Assembly (NCBI RefSeq): GCF_009914755.1
Contig: NC_060930.1
Direction: 5' to 3' (one strand)
DNA length: 64,000 nucleotides
DNA from: the human T2T-CHM13v2.0 reference genome, Homo sapiens
Below are positions 1-16,255 of the stretch, one piece after another. The position numbers and the translations under genes are program-made. How positions within the stretch are numbered: position 1 is the first letter of the stretch; each line of letters opens with the position of its first letter. The notes under the pieces were generated by a model that saw only the letters and a list, made by a program, of their open reading frames with translations, had not been told where the DNA came from and did not search any database.

Positions 1-64
1 TGTGTTGATTTGTCTGTTGCTTTTTGGATTCTCCAAGATCCAGGAAATGCTCATGAGCATGATT
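1..64 (-). CDS. PHIP: PHIP coding exon (~exon 21), truncated by window edge, NHAHEHFLDLGESKKQQTNQH...
   Basis: Acceptor ttttttttctag ending at 65; frame continues from the previous exon. Confidence 0.93.
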
Positions 65-156
65 CTAGAAAAAAATAAATTAAATTTATTCACAGATTGT
101 TTAAAGAGCAGGATTTTTAGTTTAAAAGTTAAAATTTTTTAATTAAAAAAATTCAA

Positions 157-285
157 GCTGGGCATGGTGGCGCATGCCTATAGTCCCAGCTACTTGGGAA
201 GATTGCTTGAGCCTAGGAGTTCAAGGCTGCAGGGAGGGATGATTGCACCACTGCACTACAGCCTGGGTGACAAAGTGAGACAATT
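157..285 (+). mobile_element. Old Alu monomer (FRAM / AluJ right arm)
   Basis: gctgggcatggtggcgcatgcctatagtcccagctac...gcaccactgcactacagcctgggtgac. Confidence 0.8.
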
Positions 286-848
286 TATCCTAACATACAA
301 CAACAATAAAAACATTTGTTCATATTTAAGATATCACTTAAATGGATGAGGTTATAGTACCAACTCAAATATTTTAATATTCATCAAGTTAAAGGCTTAT
401 CATGGTTATGCTGATATTTACTTGCTGATTGATTAGTTACAAAAATGCTGTTTTTTTTTTTTCTAATTAATGACAGACATAAGGATTCATGATAAAAGAC
501 TAAACCAAACACTGAACTCTTCTGTATCTACATCAAACCTATAGAAATGATGTAAGAAAAAGGATAATGGGCTATGAGGCATATGTAATAGGCAGAGGCA
601 AATTGGAAACCAAAATGGGGATCATAAAGCTACCCTGCCACTATGAAGATAAGATGCCATGTGGCTGGCTTATTTTTCTTCTGCTGGAATAAATGTGAGA
701 AGTCTTCTGCAGATGAGAATACAACCAATAAACACTAAAAAACTGATAAAGTACAACACAGTGATGAAGACAAACTCAATAAACATTAAAATTTATACCT
801 AAAAAACACAAAAAAACTTAATAAAGCTATCTCAAAAGTGAATACAAA

Positions 849-1157
849 GGCCAGCCATGGTAGCTCATGCCTGTAATCCCAGTACTTTGGGAGGCCAATG
901 TGGGAGAATCCTGCTTTGGGGTCAGGAGTTTAAGACTGGCCAGGGCAATGGCAATACCCTGTCTCTACAAAGTTAAAAAATAAAATTTAAAGTTAGCCAG
1001 GCATGGTGGTATAAACCTATAGTCCCAGCTATTTGGGATGATAAGGCAAGAGGATCACTTGAGGCAGTCCAAGGCTGCAGTCAGCTAGGACTGTCCCAAC
1101 GCACTCTGGCCTGGGTAACACAATGAGACTCTGTCTCCCCACCAACCAAACAAAAAA
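849..1157 (+). mobile_element. AluJ-type SINE, diverged full dimer
   Basis: ggccagccatggtagctcatgcctgtaatcccag, A-rich linker, right arm with aggatcacttgag and aaggctgcag. Confidence 0.88.
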
Positions 1158-2559
1158 GAGAATCACATCCATGAAATAAATGCAGGGTCTTGTCTTAGAA
1201 AAAAACAAAGACTCAATTAGACATCCTTGAAATCGAAAATAACCAATTAAATTTGGGAAAAATAAATGATAGCCAGCTGACCACATAAATAATAACTGGT
1301 TATTCCAGTTTTTGCGACCACAGACGCTAAAAATATGTGAGTGTGCATGCACACACATACATATATGTATACATATACATATCATTCCTTTTATTTCTTA
1401 AAAAGTCCTCAAAGTACTACTGAATTAAGAGATAAGCACATCTTTTAATTTTAATAGATATTAACATATTCCATCCATAAAGGTAGTAGCAAGCAATACA
1501 AACTCTCATCATCATTATATAAGTTTATCTCAGCAAAGGATGCAAAAAAGGTACGCTTTCCACTTACCATGAAAAAGCCAACCAATCAATCAAGCAAAAA
1601 ACAAGATTATTTCAGAAAGAAATTTTCCTTTATTATACTAACAGGAATTCTAGCATTGTGAGGTCCTACTGATCCCAGGGTATGATACACTCAGTAAAGA
1701 AAAAAGGACTACTTGAGTATTTTGAAGAGATGAGTAATAAAACAGAAAAGTGAATTCTAGAGAAGAAGACTGATTTAGGAGTTTTAAAAAACTCAAATGA
1801 AAAAAAGGAAGGAACACGAAGCTGGTGAAGAAGGCTAGTTATTTATTTTTCCTTTGTTTCAATAATTGCTTTAGATAGTGACTTGGACCTAAAAAGAAGT
1901 TTCACATAGGCTTCCTCAATTTCAGACTCTAAGGCTCTGAAGCTTTCAAGCTAAGATGTTTTTCTCCAAAATAAAAGAAAAGAAAAGAAAAAAAGGAAAA
2001 AGCGATATTTGTGATTCCTTCACACTCAGGAAGTACATATCTCTCTCAATTAGGCCATGACCAATTGAAATCTACTGGGTGCAACAGTTTTTCCAGAGTA
2101 GGATGACAGAAAAGCCAATAAGTCAAAACTATTAGGGACAATCTACCTCTCTTAATGGAGAAAATGAGAAATATTATCTATAGCAGCATTAGCTGACTTG
2201 ATTATCTAGAATAATGAATAGATGCAAGACACCACAAAAACACATAGAAAAACATAACAAAATGCTATTTTTAGACTGTACAAAGATGGCACACAAGATT
2301 ATGAAGAGCTAAAGAAAGTTCTTGATGAGGCTTCAGTGTAATTTATTAGAATTTCATGAGTATGTAAGAATTGGCACTTTGGGAAAGGGTATGCTACAAA
2401 GCAGAAATGGAATTAAAAATTTTAAATAGTAAACAATAGATAATCCAGAGATAACCAAGATTTACTATGTTAATTTTTATCATTAACCTGTTTATAATAC
2501 CATGTTAAATTACAAAATGGAGCCTTAAAATGGTCACTATACTTAAGAAGCAAATATTA

Positions 2560-2724
<165 letters not shown>

Positions 2725-3680
2725 TTAATCTAGAATTTTACACATAACTTTCCTCCAAAAGGAATGTTAGGTATCAGGAAAGGAACGCTACTCCTGATGT
2801 TTTATTTTAAGATGGAAGCATGTGATAAAGATTTCTAAGTTTAATTTCATAGGTTGTGGGCTCAGGACATCCGGCATTAAATGACTGAAATAATGGAAAG
2901 ACAAACTCTGTCTACCCCAACTTGATACTACTGGTTCCTGCTATGGTCTCTGGCAAACCAAGTATTAGATTCTGGGAACGTGGTGATTCCTAGGGTAATT
3001 TTTCCAAGAGTGAGAAATTGGATTTTTTTTTTTTTTTTTAGGATAGGGCCTATGCTTTGATAATCTTCTGTTCCATATAGATAGCTGGAATCTCTTTAAA
3101 AATTCAATACAACAGACCCTGAGGTTACACGGAAAGCCCTGAAAGAACTACACTCTTTCCAGAGACAGGGAGGTCAGGTTTCACCGACTGAAAAAACTCA
3201 AACCATCAAGGTGAAACTGAACAACACAAATTGAGGAACACTAATTTTAAACTTTAATACAAAAAATGAACTCATGAGAAGATAATTTTATTTTTTATTT
3301 CAATATCTTACAACTTTAAAGTTTTTGAAATGCAAGGGTATTTGAAATTTAATTCTCCCTTAAGATTTTATAATAAGAAGGTAGTTAATACTAAAACACA
3401 GTGCAACTATATACTGTTGATATTTCTTTACTAGATGATATTAATGTTATCATGTTACTTAACGGCACAATCTCCATTGTGGCTGGCCATAATTCTGAAT
3501 GGAAAATAAAATGAGCAAATTTAAATCTTGTGAAAAGAACAGGCTTGGATTTAATTTTTTTGTTCTTAATTTTTTTTTTTTAAATTAAACTTTTTACTGC
3601 AATAATTATAGATTAACATACAGTTGTAAGAAATAACAGCGATTATTTGTATCCTTTATCCAGTTCCCCCAAATAGTAAC

Positions 3681-3978
3681 TTTTTTTTTTTTTTTTTGAG
3701 ATGGAGTCTCGCTGTCGCCCAGGCTGGAGTGCAGTGGCATGATCTCGGCTCACTGCAGGCTCTGCCCCCCGGGGTTCACACCATTCTCCTGCCTCAGCCT
3801 CCCGAGTAGCTGGGACTACATGCGTCCGCCACCTCGCCCGGCTAATTTTTTGTATTTTTAGTAGAGACGGGGGTCCACTGTGCTAGCCAGGATGGTCTCG
3901 ATCTCCTGACCTCGTGATCCCCCCCACCTCGGCCTCCCAAAGTGCTGGGATTACAGGTGTGAGCCACCGCACCGGCCC
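3681..3978 (-). mobile_element. AluY-type SINE
   Basis: Poly-T then gagatggagtctcgc...ttcacaccattctcc...agccaggatggtctcgatctcctgacctcgtgatc; imperfect TSD aaatagtaac/aaatggtaac. Confidence 0.92.
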
Positions 3979-4159
3979 AAAATGGTAACATTTTGCAAAA
4001 CTTTGTATCCTTTATCTAATTCCCCCAAATGGTAACATTTTGTAAAACATGGTACAACATCAGAAGGAGGATGCTGACATTTATACAATCCACTGATCTT
4101 ACTGAGACTTCCCCAGTTTTACTTCTATTAGTTTCTATTAGTTTGTGTGTGTGTGTACA

Positions 4160-6770
<2,611 letters not shown>

Positions 6771-8026
6771 TATCTTAGCAACCTAAATCTGTTCTCCATT
6801 CCTATACCCTTGTCATTTCAAGAATATTTCATAAATGGAATCATACAGGATGTACTTTGAAATTATTTTTCTCCACTCAGCATAATTCCCTCAAGATTCA
6901 TACCCATTGTATCAATATGCTGTTCCTTTTTATTGCACAGTAGTAGTCCATGGTGTGAATATACCATTGTTTAACCATCTACCCACTAAAATACATCTGG
7001 GTATCTTTCTGGCTTTTGGGTATTACAAATAAAGCTGCTATACATTTATGTTCAGGTTTTTGTGTGAACATGAGTTTTCATTTCTTTAGGATAAATTCCC
7101 AATAGTGCAACTGCTGGGTCATATGACAGGCAGTTCCATGTTTAGGATTTTAGGAAAGTGCAAAACTGTTTCCCAAAATGGCTCTATCATTTTACATTCC
7201 CACTAGCAATGCATGAGTAATTCAGTTTTCTCTACATCCTCTCTAGCATTTGGTGCTGTCACTTATTTTTTATTTTAACCATTCTGAGAAGAATGCAGTG
7301 ATATTTCACTGTGGTTTCAACTTGTATTTCCCTAGTGGTTAATGACATTGATTATCTTTTCATGTGCTTATTTGTCATCTATAGATCCTCTTTGGTAAAT
7401 GTCTGTTCATGTCTTTTGCCCATTCTCCGGTTGGATTCTGTTGTTTACTATTGAGTTATGAGAATTATTTCTATGTTACTTAGCCCCCTGTTGGGTATGT
7501 CATTGGATTCCATTTTAATTAATGGATGAGGCTGACCCATTTCAGAGAGCCTTTTTAAAAGGAAACTTTAGACTACCCACTGGAGAGATTCTTAGGAAGA
7601 TTCCCATAGGATGAGTACAAAGTTTTAGAGACAAAGCTCCAGGAAGCCCAAAGAAAGAATATCTGTTAAAGTTATGGCCACAGTCTTGCTTGACCATAGG
7701 CCAATGAATAGTTAAGCCCAATGATAAAGGAATAAAAGGATGAAGAATATTTGAAGAGAAATAAATCTTCCTCACTCCTCAGGTTCCCTTCCATGTGCAG
7801 GAGCCTCAACCTACAACTAGCAACCTTATCTCCTGACTCATTCCTCTCTAGAGGAGGAGTAAATTAGTCAACTGATATGCTCTGGAAGAAAAACCCAGCT
7901 TAGCACAGCCCAGCCTTATGCCATTGTGTGCAATTATACATTTGGCCCTGCATCTTAAAGAAGCAAACCACATGTCCTGTCCCACAAGGGGAGAAAAACT
8001 GTGGCCCACTGCTATCTGTGTCTGGT

Positions 8027-8088
8027 GAATATTACTTTTTGTTACTGATATGGTTTTTGTGGAATATTACTTTTTGTTACTGATATGG
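8027..8088. repeat. Tandem duplication, period 35 bp
   Basis: gaatattactttttgttactgatatgg present at 8027 and 8062. Confidence 0.9.
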
Positions 8089-9133
8089 GTTTTATTTCAC
8101 GAAATAAAAAGTGATAGTAACAAACAGTGATAGGCTGATTTACTATGTCTTATTCTCCATGTTATTTTTCAATTATTTCAGAATTGGTGTTGAAAAAATG
8201 GGCATTATTTATTTGACCCCTTTCAAACCTTAACATTAGAATTAAAAAGTAAACAAGAATCTAACTAAAAATATGCCATGTGAGTTAATTAATTTATGAC
8301 GGATAACTGGGCATATTTGTCATAAGAAAGTGTAAATGTATACCTTTGGTGTGTATTTAATTCTAAATCCTAACATAAATTCAAAGTATGTCCAATCAAA
8401 AAGCATAATCTATATGAACATTAAGACCAAAATTTTAATTATGTAATTACTATCTTCTGAGTTGAAGAACTAGACAATCTTAAATTCAAATTCACATTTT
8501 GACCTTCATACTTAGAACACACTTCATACACAGAAATCAGCCTTACTTAAGTTCATATAGGCCTCATTCATGAGTATTTCATGACTGAAGATCAAAAGGA
8601 ACTGGATATAAACTTCCCTCATGGCATGGTCTAAGAGAATAGAATTTTATTAAATCAATACTTTTAAAGTCATAAATGTATACTTTTAAATATAAATATT
8701 TTAATATATATAAAATCTTTTTGTATTTTCCAATTTATTTTTTTTTTGCATCTGAATATCATGTGAATGGCTGGCTAAATCCATTAAAAAATTAAATAAT
8801 TACAACAAACTTTATAAAATGTATTTTAAGATATAGTTAAACAGGACAAACCAAGACTGAAATATGCTACTCAATAAAACCTCCTATTTGGTCAATCCAA
8901 ATTTATGATTTTCCTGTTGACCTTAACACGTATCATTCTTATCATTTACATAAATCATTCTAGAAATAAATATATTTTAGAAACTTAATTTTTCTACAGT
9001 CATGAATAGTTTATACTGCCCTTCCAGAAAAATTTCAGAGGAATTACAGAGCTGAAAATAACAGCTGTGAATGCTGTTAACTCCAAAATGAACCCAAGGA
9101 ACTATGGTACATAAAAATTCACAACTTCCCTTA

Positions 9134-9331
<198 letters not shown>

Positions 9332-9951
9332 TTACTATATTAAGTTCTACTTAGAGATATTTCTCCATTAGTTTATAACAGAAAAAAGAGATAAAACACT
9401 ATCTTCCATAAGAAACTTCATATTGTGGCAAAATAATTAAATTACCATATCAGGAACTAAACCACAGGCAAAAGTGGTTTAATGAAAACAAAACATGGTT
9501 ATTCAGTTGATTAGATAAGTCAATGAATCATAACTATAGACTATTAAGCCCCAAGGATACAAAATCATTACTTTAAAAAAATGCTAAGTATTTTTGAGAA
9601 AACTTCATAAGAAGCAAACTAGACAAACCCAAGAGTATTAATGGTTCATAAATTTGTTTTGACTCTTAAAGTTTAATAATATACAACAATAAGGGTGATG
9701 AGATGTTCAAGAATGTGGCTTTGACTATTCTACATGTTTACTATAGAAAATGTGGAAGACATACACATTTAAAAACTCATTATCTCTAACTTGAAATCTC
9801 ATTATGAACCATTTTCTTAGGTCATTAAATATTCTTCAAAACCATGATCATTTTGGCAACCTAATATTTCATTTTACGGATGTACCATAATTTTTTTAAA
9901 CCACTTAACACTGTGGGAGATTTAGGTTGTTTCAAATTTTTAAATATTTCA

Positions 9952-10134
<183 letters not shown>

Positions 10135-10319
10135 TTACGAATATTTTAGCTACTATTCAAACCATTTTACTCACCAACCTCACTTATGAGTTCAGAATTA
10201 AACATAAATGTTGCTTGGGTAAAAGACTTAAATGATCAACTATAAATGATGGGAGTTAAAAAAAAAAAGGAAAGAAAACATCTGTCCATCTTAGTTTATC
10301 AAAAATAACGATGAGGATG

Positions 10320-10465
10320 GTTGCTAACTTTTACTAAGTGTTTATCATGACTCAGATACTCATAATCCGTATGGTAACTCCATTAGGTATGTATAAACAA
10401 CTCCACTTTATAGATGAGAAAACCAAAATAACTGTTCGAAGTCACATATCTAATAAGTGGCAATA
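10320..10465 (-). mobile_element. MIR fragment
   Basis: ccactttatagatgagaaaac...gtcacatatctaataagtggc resembles the MIR core. Confidence 0.6.
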
Positions 10466-10544
10466 GTAAGGTTTTCCACTTAGATCATGGTTTCTTTTAA
10501 AATGACACATCTGATTACCCATTTTCTTAAAAAAAATGTTTACT

Positions 10545-10890
10545 GCCTCATTTATTCAATACATTATTGACTGTCTACTATATGTTAGGAACTACGCCAG
10601 GTACTGAGATCTAGTGGTAAATAAGGGACATGAAGATCCCTACTCTTTAGGGAGCTGACATACTGATGGGGAAAGTAAACAATAACCCAGGAGTTAATAC
10701 AGAGTATGAAAGAGAGGTGTTGAAATAAAGAAGGTGATGGTGGGTCAGAAAAATCAGAGAAGTCCTCTCGGACAAGGTAGCATTTGCGCTGAGATTTAAA
10801 TTAGATAGCCACATAAAGATCTAGATAAGGAACACTTCAGGTAGAACGCAAGAGGTACAAACGCTGTGAAGCAGGGAGAAACTTGTATTT
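10545..10890 (-). mobile_element. L2 3' end fragment
   Basis: tcatttattcaatacattattgactgtctactatatg...ggagctgacatactgatgggga. Confidence 0.65.
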
Positions 10891-13029
10891 TAATCCATCC
10901 AAGTTTTCCAGCATTAATTCTTACTTGTCATAGAGGACCACTTGACTTCTGCCCTTCTAAAAAGTAAACACCTTCATGCACTGAAACTTTTGAACACAAT
11001 ATTCCCACTATAAAGATAAACATGACAATCTCTTAACTTACCATTCCAGCACCAACTAAAATGGCAATTCCATGACATTTCCTCTGTGAAATCTTTCCAA
11101 TTACTTCTGAAAGAATTACCTGCTACCCTCTTTCACTTCCTTAAACAACCCATACATATCTAAGTATTCAGACCAATATAAAACATAAATGAAGTCCAAA
11201 CCCATTAGTTCCTCAAAAGCATGAACTGTCTCACTTACCTTATCTAAATCTAGTACAATGCTAGGCATTAAAAAATATTCACTCTTGCTGAATAAATTTT
11301 TAAAAGGTATATTATAAAATATATGAAAAATATTGCCATGAGTATAAAGAAGGGAGCAATTAGTATCAGCCATACAAGTATATGAGAAGATCTGATCAGC
11401 TCAGAATTTTAGGGTGGGCTTAAATGGTAAGAAAAGAGAGCAAGAATATTCTGAAATGAAGTAGTAGTAAGAAAGGTAAAAGGAAAAAGAAATTACATGT
11501 ATTACATGCATAATTTCATTTATAAAAGAAAACTAAAATTCAATAGGATAAAATAACTTGTTTAAGGTCACCAAAGTAGAAGTAGTAAAAGCAGACAGAA
11601 GTAAAAGTTCAAATGTCTTATACTTCTTTCCTGGTTTGCTGTTGGAAAACCATGTTGCAATACTGATGAATAATCTGATATAGCTCAAGTTTACAACTGA
11701 AAAAAACACATTTAAAGTATGTTGTATGGTGCCAATACAACAAGCTAATTTATTATTATAATAACTCAAATCTATTTTTCCCTAACTCTGAGAGATTTCC
11801 CAGAATAAATTTTATTATCTGGATTTGCAAATAAAAAGCTAAGGTTTTTTTTGAAAAGAATTTTGCTTTTGTTCTGTTTTTGTATTAACCAATTTTAGAC
11901 TCAATAAGTCTAAAATATGACAAAAAAAGATTTTTACTCTGAATTCTGAGAATCAGAACACTGAAAAATTTTGGGACTCATTACAAAGCCAGTATTATTG
12001 CTATGGATTCTCTTATGGATACCAACAACTGGTATCTATTTCATTTTTAAGATTATGCCTATTTTATATGGAAGAAAGAATAATGGACTGAGAATCAGAG
12101 CTGAGGTTAGAGTCCCTGTGATTCTATGACACATTACCATTAAATTTTGAATTCTCTCAACCTGCAGGACTGGAATATCAAAGATACAGGATTAAATATT
12201 GTTTATGAAAGCCCTTTATAAATTGGTAAATGGATTTAAAAAGTAATAATAATAATTAATTAGCACTGATACTTTAATAAATGAGTCTTTTCCTTATTTC
12301 CCTGTGTCTGAAACCCTAAAGTAGCTATCTATTTTGAGGCTTGGGAACAATCTGATTTTGCCAATTCCTCTCCGAGAGACTGAAGACATTTCTCTTAATT
12401 TCAGTCCTATGACCAGAACTTCTCTAATACTGAAACTTATCTAATCTGAGTCTGAGTATCTGTCCATACTTCTCGAATACTACTTATTCTTTGAGTTCAT
12501 GCTGTGTCCACGTACTGAGACACATTAATCTCACAAACTCCAGATAAGTCCACTGGACTGCACTACTCTAGGAGTAGCAGCAGGAATGATTCCTCTAATG
12601 CTTCTTCTCACCCTCCATTCTAAGTGGACGTGTCTAATTCCAAGAGGAGCCCCTTCTATCCAGTATGTCCATCTTTATTGCAACTTCATGCTAAATCCTT
12701 TAAGAAAAATAAGATGCACGTTTGAGGTTGATTTTTTCTGTGCTCCTTACAGAATCTAATTTCATTATTTAAAAGTCACTCAACACAAAAGCTACTTAGA
12801 AGCTTTTGTTGATTGAAGTCTAGAACTTAAAATATTTTCATAAATATTTTTCTAGTCTAAAAATATAGTAGAAGTATTCATAATGACAAAACTGGTTTAA
12901 CCTTCTTTACAGAACCTTTCCTTATTTTTACTTAATACACTAGTGCTGCATTTCTTGTCAAAAGAGGGAAAGCAGTTTGTAGACTTTGACTCCATTTTAA
13001 CTCTCATTTAATTCTTCAACACTCCATTA

Positions 13030-13350
13030 TACTTCACTAAAACAGCTCTCAACACTTTCCATGTCAATCCTCTTATAAACCTTTAAAAGTTGGTAACTTT
13101 TTAAAACATCTTCAATGTGAACAGGCAATCTACAATCTCTCTCACATCATGCTATTATTCCCTTTAGTAACATTCATCACAATTTGAACTATGTATTTGT
13201 TTATTCTAATGAACTGTGTTTATTAATCTACTAACCCATTCCATGAAAGCAAGGATCATGTTTGTTTAATCCACTACTGAATAGCCATGGCTTAGCAGGT
13301 GTCAGAGACAGAAGAGATTATCAATAAATGTTGCTGAGTAAGTAAATTAA
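13030..13350 (+). mobile_element. L2 3' end fragment
   Basis: ccatgaaagcaaggatcatgtttg...tcaataaatgttgctgagtaagtaaat. Confidence 0.55.
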
Positions 13351-13602
13351 TTCACTTGTTTCACACCAAATACAGGAACTACCTTATTGATCCCTAGGGG
13401 TTACAAATGGATAATAAATCAAAATTATTACTGTAAATCGCCCATGTTCCATAATTAACTTGTAATCCTTAAGCATGATCAAAGACCTGTATAAAAGTAT
13501 AAAACATACTTTTACTTCTTATCCACTTAACAACTGCAAACAAAGTTTTACTCAATTAGCAATTTTAACAGTTCGGTGGGAAGAAGAAAATTTGATTGTC
13601 TA

Positions 13603-13890
<288 letters not shown>

Positions 13891-14088
13891 TCATTGTAGA
13901 AAAAAAGTCTACATCATTTCTAATAGAAAGCAAACACCTGAATACGAATAATGGTATTAAGCAACAATTTTTAAAATATTATTTTCCTGAATTAATTGTA
14001 AATAGGTATTTTAATTTTCTACCTTAAGTATTATGATCAGAAAAGTAGCTGCTTTAAATTTTCTCTGAAACAAGTAAGGGATTATACA

Positions 14089-14411
14089 CAGGAGTCCCCT
14101 CTTATTTGCAATTTTGCTTTCCATGGTTTCAGTTACCTGTGGTCAACCTGACTCCAAAAATGCTGTTCCAGAAATAAACAACTCATAAGTTTAACTGTGC
14201 ACTGTTCCAAAATGCATAATGAAATCACGTGCCATCTCACTTGGGACACAAATCATCCCTTTGTCCAGCATATCCACATTGTCTAGATATGCTACCCACC
14301 CATTACTGTATAGGAAAAACACAGTGTGAATAGGGTTTGGTACTTTCCAAGGTTTTAGACATCCATTTGGAGTCATGGAACATATTCCCTGTGGATAAGA
14401 GGAGGCTACTG
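14089..14411 (+). mobile_element. MER44A-like non-autonomous Tigger-family DNA transposon
   Basis: TIR-like ends caggagtcccctcttat / ataagaggaggctactg; internal atcatccctttgtccagc and tataggaaaaacacagtg. Confidence 0.85.
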
Positions 14412-14832
14412 TGTAGAAAAGCTACCACTAAAAATAAGCTATTCAATATTCAATTTTAAATTAAATGGTAACATCAAATCTAGTCATAAATCATTCAACA
14501 GTATTTTTACTTCCACAGAGCTACCATGCTTTATCTTAAATCCTTAGGTATACAGTAAGTATGATTTGTGTAATATTACTATAAAAATCACATAAGATTT
14601 TCTAAGGGTTAATAAGCATTTTCTCTAAATGTTTTGAGATGATATAAAATTATTAATATAAACTCAACCAGGACATAAATTTTATTATATAAAATTTCAC
14701 TGGTTAATTTGCAATTTTTTAAACTAAATTATAAACTACTCAATATTTACTATCATAACCTTTTATACCATTCCACCACAAGTAAGCAATTTAATTCTTT
14801 TAGTCACTAATCTTAAAGTTGGGGTCTTTAAC

Positions 14833-14978
14833 TGCTGAGCAAAGTGGCAGGGCATATGCCTGTAGTGCCACCTGCAGTTATTTAGCAGGCTGAAATGAGA
14901 GGATTGTTTGAGCCCACGAATTCAAAGCCAGTCTAGGCAACATAGTGAGACATTTCACCCCTACTCTGTAAAAAAAAG
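14833..14978 (+). mobile_element. FLAM (free left Alu monomer)
   Basis: tgcctgtagt...gaggattgtttgagccc...ggcaacatagtgagac followed by an A tail. Confidence 0.75.
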
Positions 14979-15399
14979 CCCCCCAAAAACTGGACAGGAT
15001 CTTTAATAAAAAACATTAACTACAATCAGGTAATATAATACATTTTTAAGAGCCACATGAAAGCCACAGATTTGTACCCTAGATAAGTACGTATTATCTA
15101 TATTAAAAAAACATTTTACATAATTTCAGAGTCCCACTATGGATAACATCTTCCATCTCCAGTTTATATACCCCAAGTTAAGAATTCCAATCTAGATTGC
15201 CCCAGGAGGCTAAGAGTTATTTTTTTCCTGAAATATGCAGATTTTCAAATAATAAGCCCTATTAAAGTGAGATTTAACTGCTGTCTTCACCTTCCTTTCC
15301 GAAACTAAGTCTCCAGACTACTTAACACAAGATTCTTCGAATTTTATCCTGAATGTAAAGATGCTGATTCTCACCCACTCCAAAAACATACAACCCCTA

Positions 15400-15609
<210 letters not shown>

Positions 15610-16093
15610 CTACCATTAAAATGAAAAGAATTGGTCACTATTATTACAATAATTTTAAGATAAAAGCATACATCCTAATGAAGTGAAGATTAAGTAAAAC
15701 AAGCATTGTACAGTAATAAAATTTATGAATATTCATGAAAAGTGCCAGATTAATAGCCTTGAAAAATAAAGTATTCTATCCACAGACCAAACACAATTCA
15801 GGAAATAAAAGAATACCAACTCCCCCACCCATAGAATTCTGCTTCATGTTTTAAACTCAGATTTAACACATAATTATGTCTTACACTCCATCTATCTCCG
15901 TTCAATCATGCCCTTTCTGCAAAAGCTGACATGTAGCAACTGTACGGATTTTTTGGTAATTCTTGGAAGTAGTAGCCAGAGATCATTGCTCAAATGACAC
16001 TAGATTTTATTATTTTTGGTAATAAATTCCCTGGTAGTCTGACTCGTCTTTTAAATGGTGAATTTCAAAGGTTAAAGAAAAGGTTTTTTTTAC

Positions 16094-16255
16094 CTGATAA
16101 TTGTTTTCTGTTTTCCAGTTCCATTAATCCAGAACGAATGGGTTTCCTCCCTGCAACCTGTCAATCAAACAGAGGTGGCCAATCACCACTCTGAATTTTT
16201 TGCTCTCAGTGCTTCTTCAGACTATGTTCCAGTTGAAAACTTCTTTAGCAGTGTT
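16094..16255 (-). other. Candidate 162-nt poison (NMD) cassette exon in intron 15
   Basis: Acceptor tttttacctctttcag, donor TATCAG|gtaaaa; in phase 0 reads NTAKEVFNWNIV* with TGA at 16219-16217. Confidence 0.5.

Noticed and set aside
1568-1637. Possible 70-nt cryptic exon in intron 20 (ATG|gtaagt donor)
   Set aside because: Acceptor is weak and there is no supporting structure; such motif pairs arise often by chance.
7520-8020. Relatively GC-richer stretch after the L1, possible retrocopy or enhancer
   Set aside because: No ORF, poly-A/TSD or repeat family that I can recognise, so no supportable call.
8027-8088. 35-bp and 32-bp direct repeats (also 38873-38932, 35175-35208) as CRISPR-like or regulatory arrays
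   Set aside because: Only two copies each, no spacer series, eukaryotic intron; ordinary slippage duplications.
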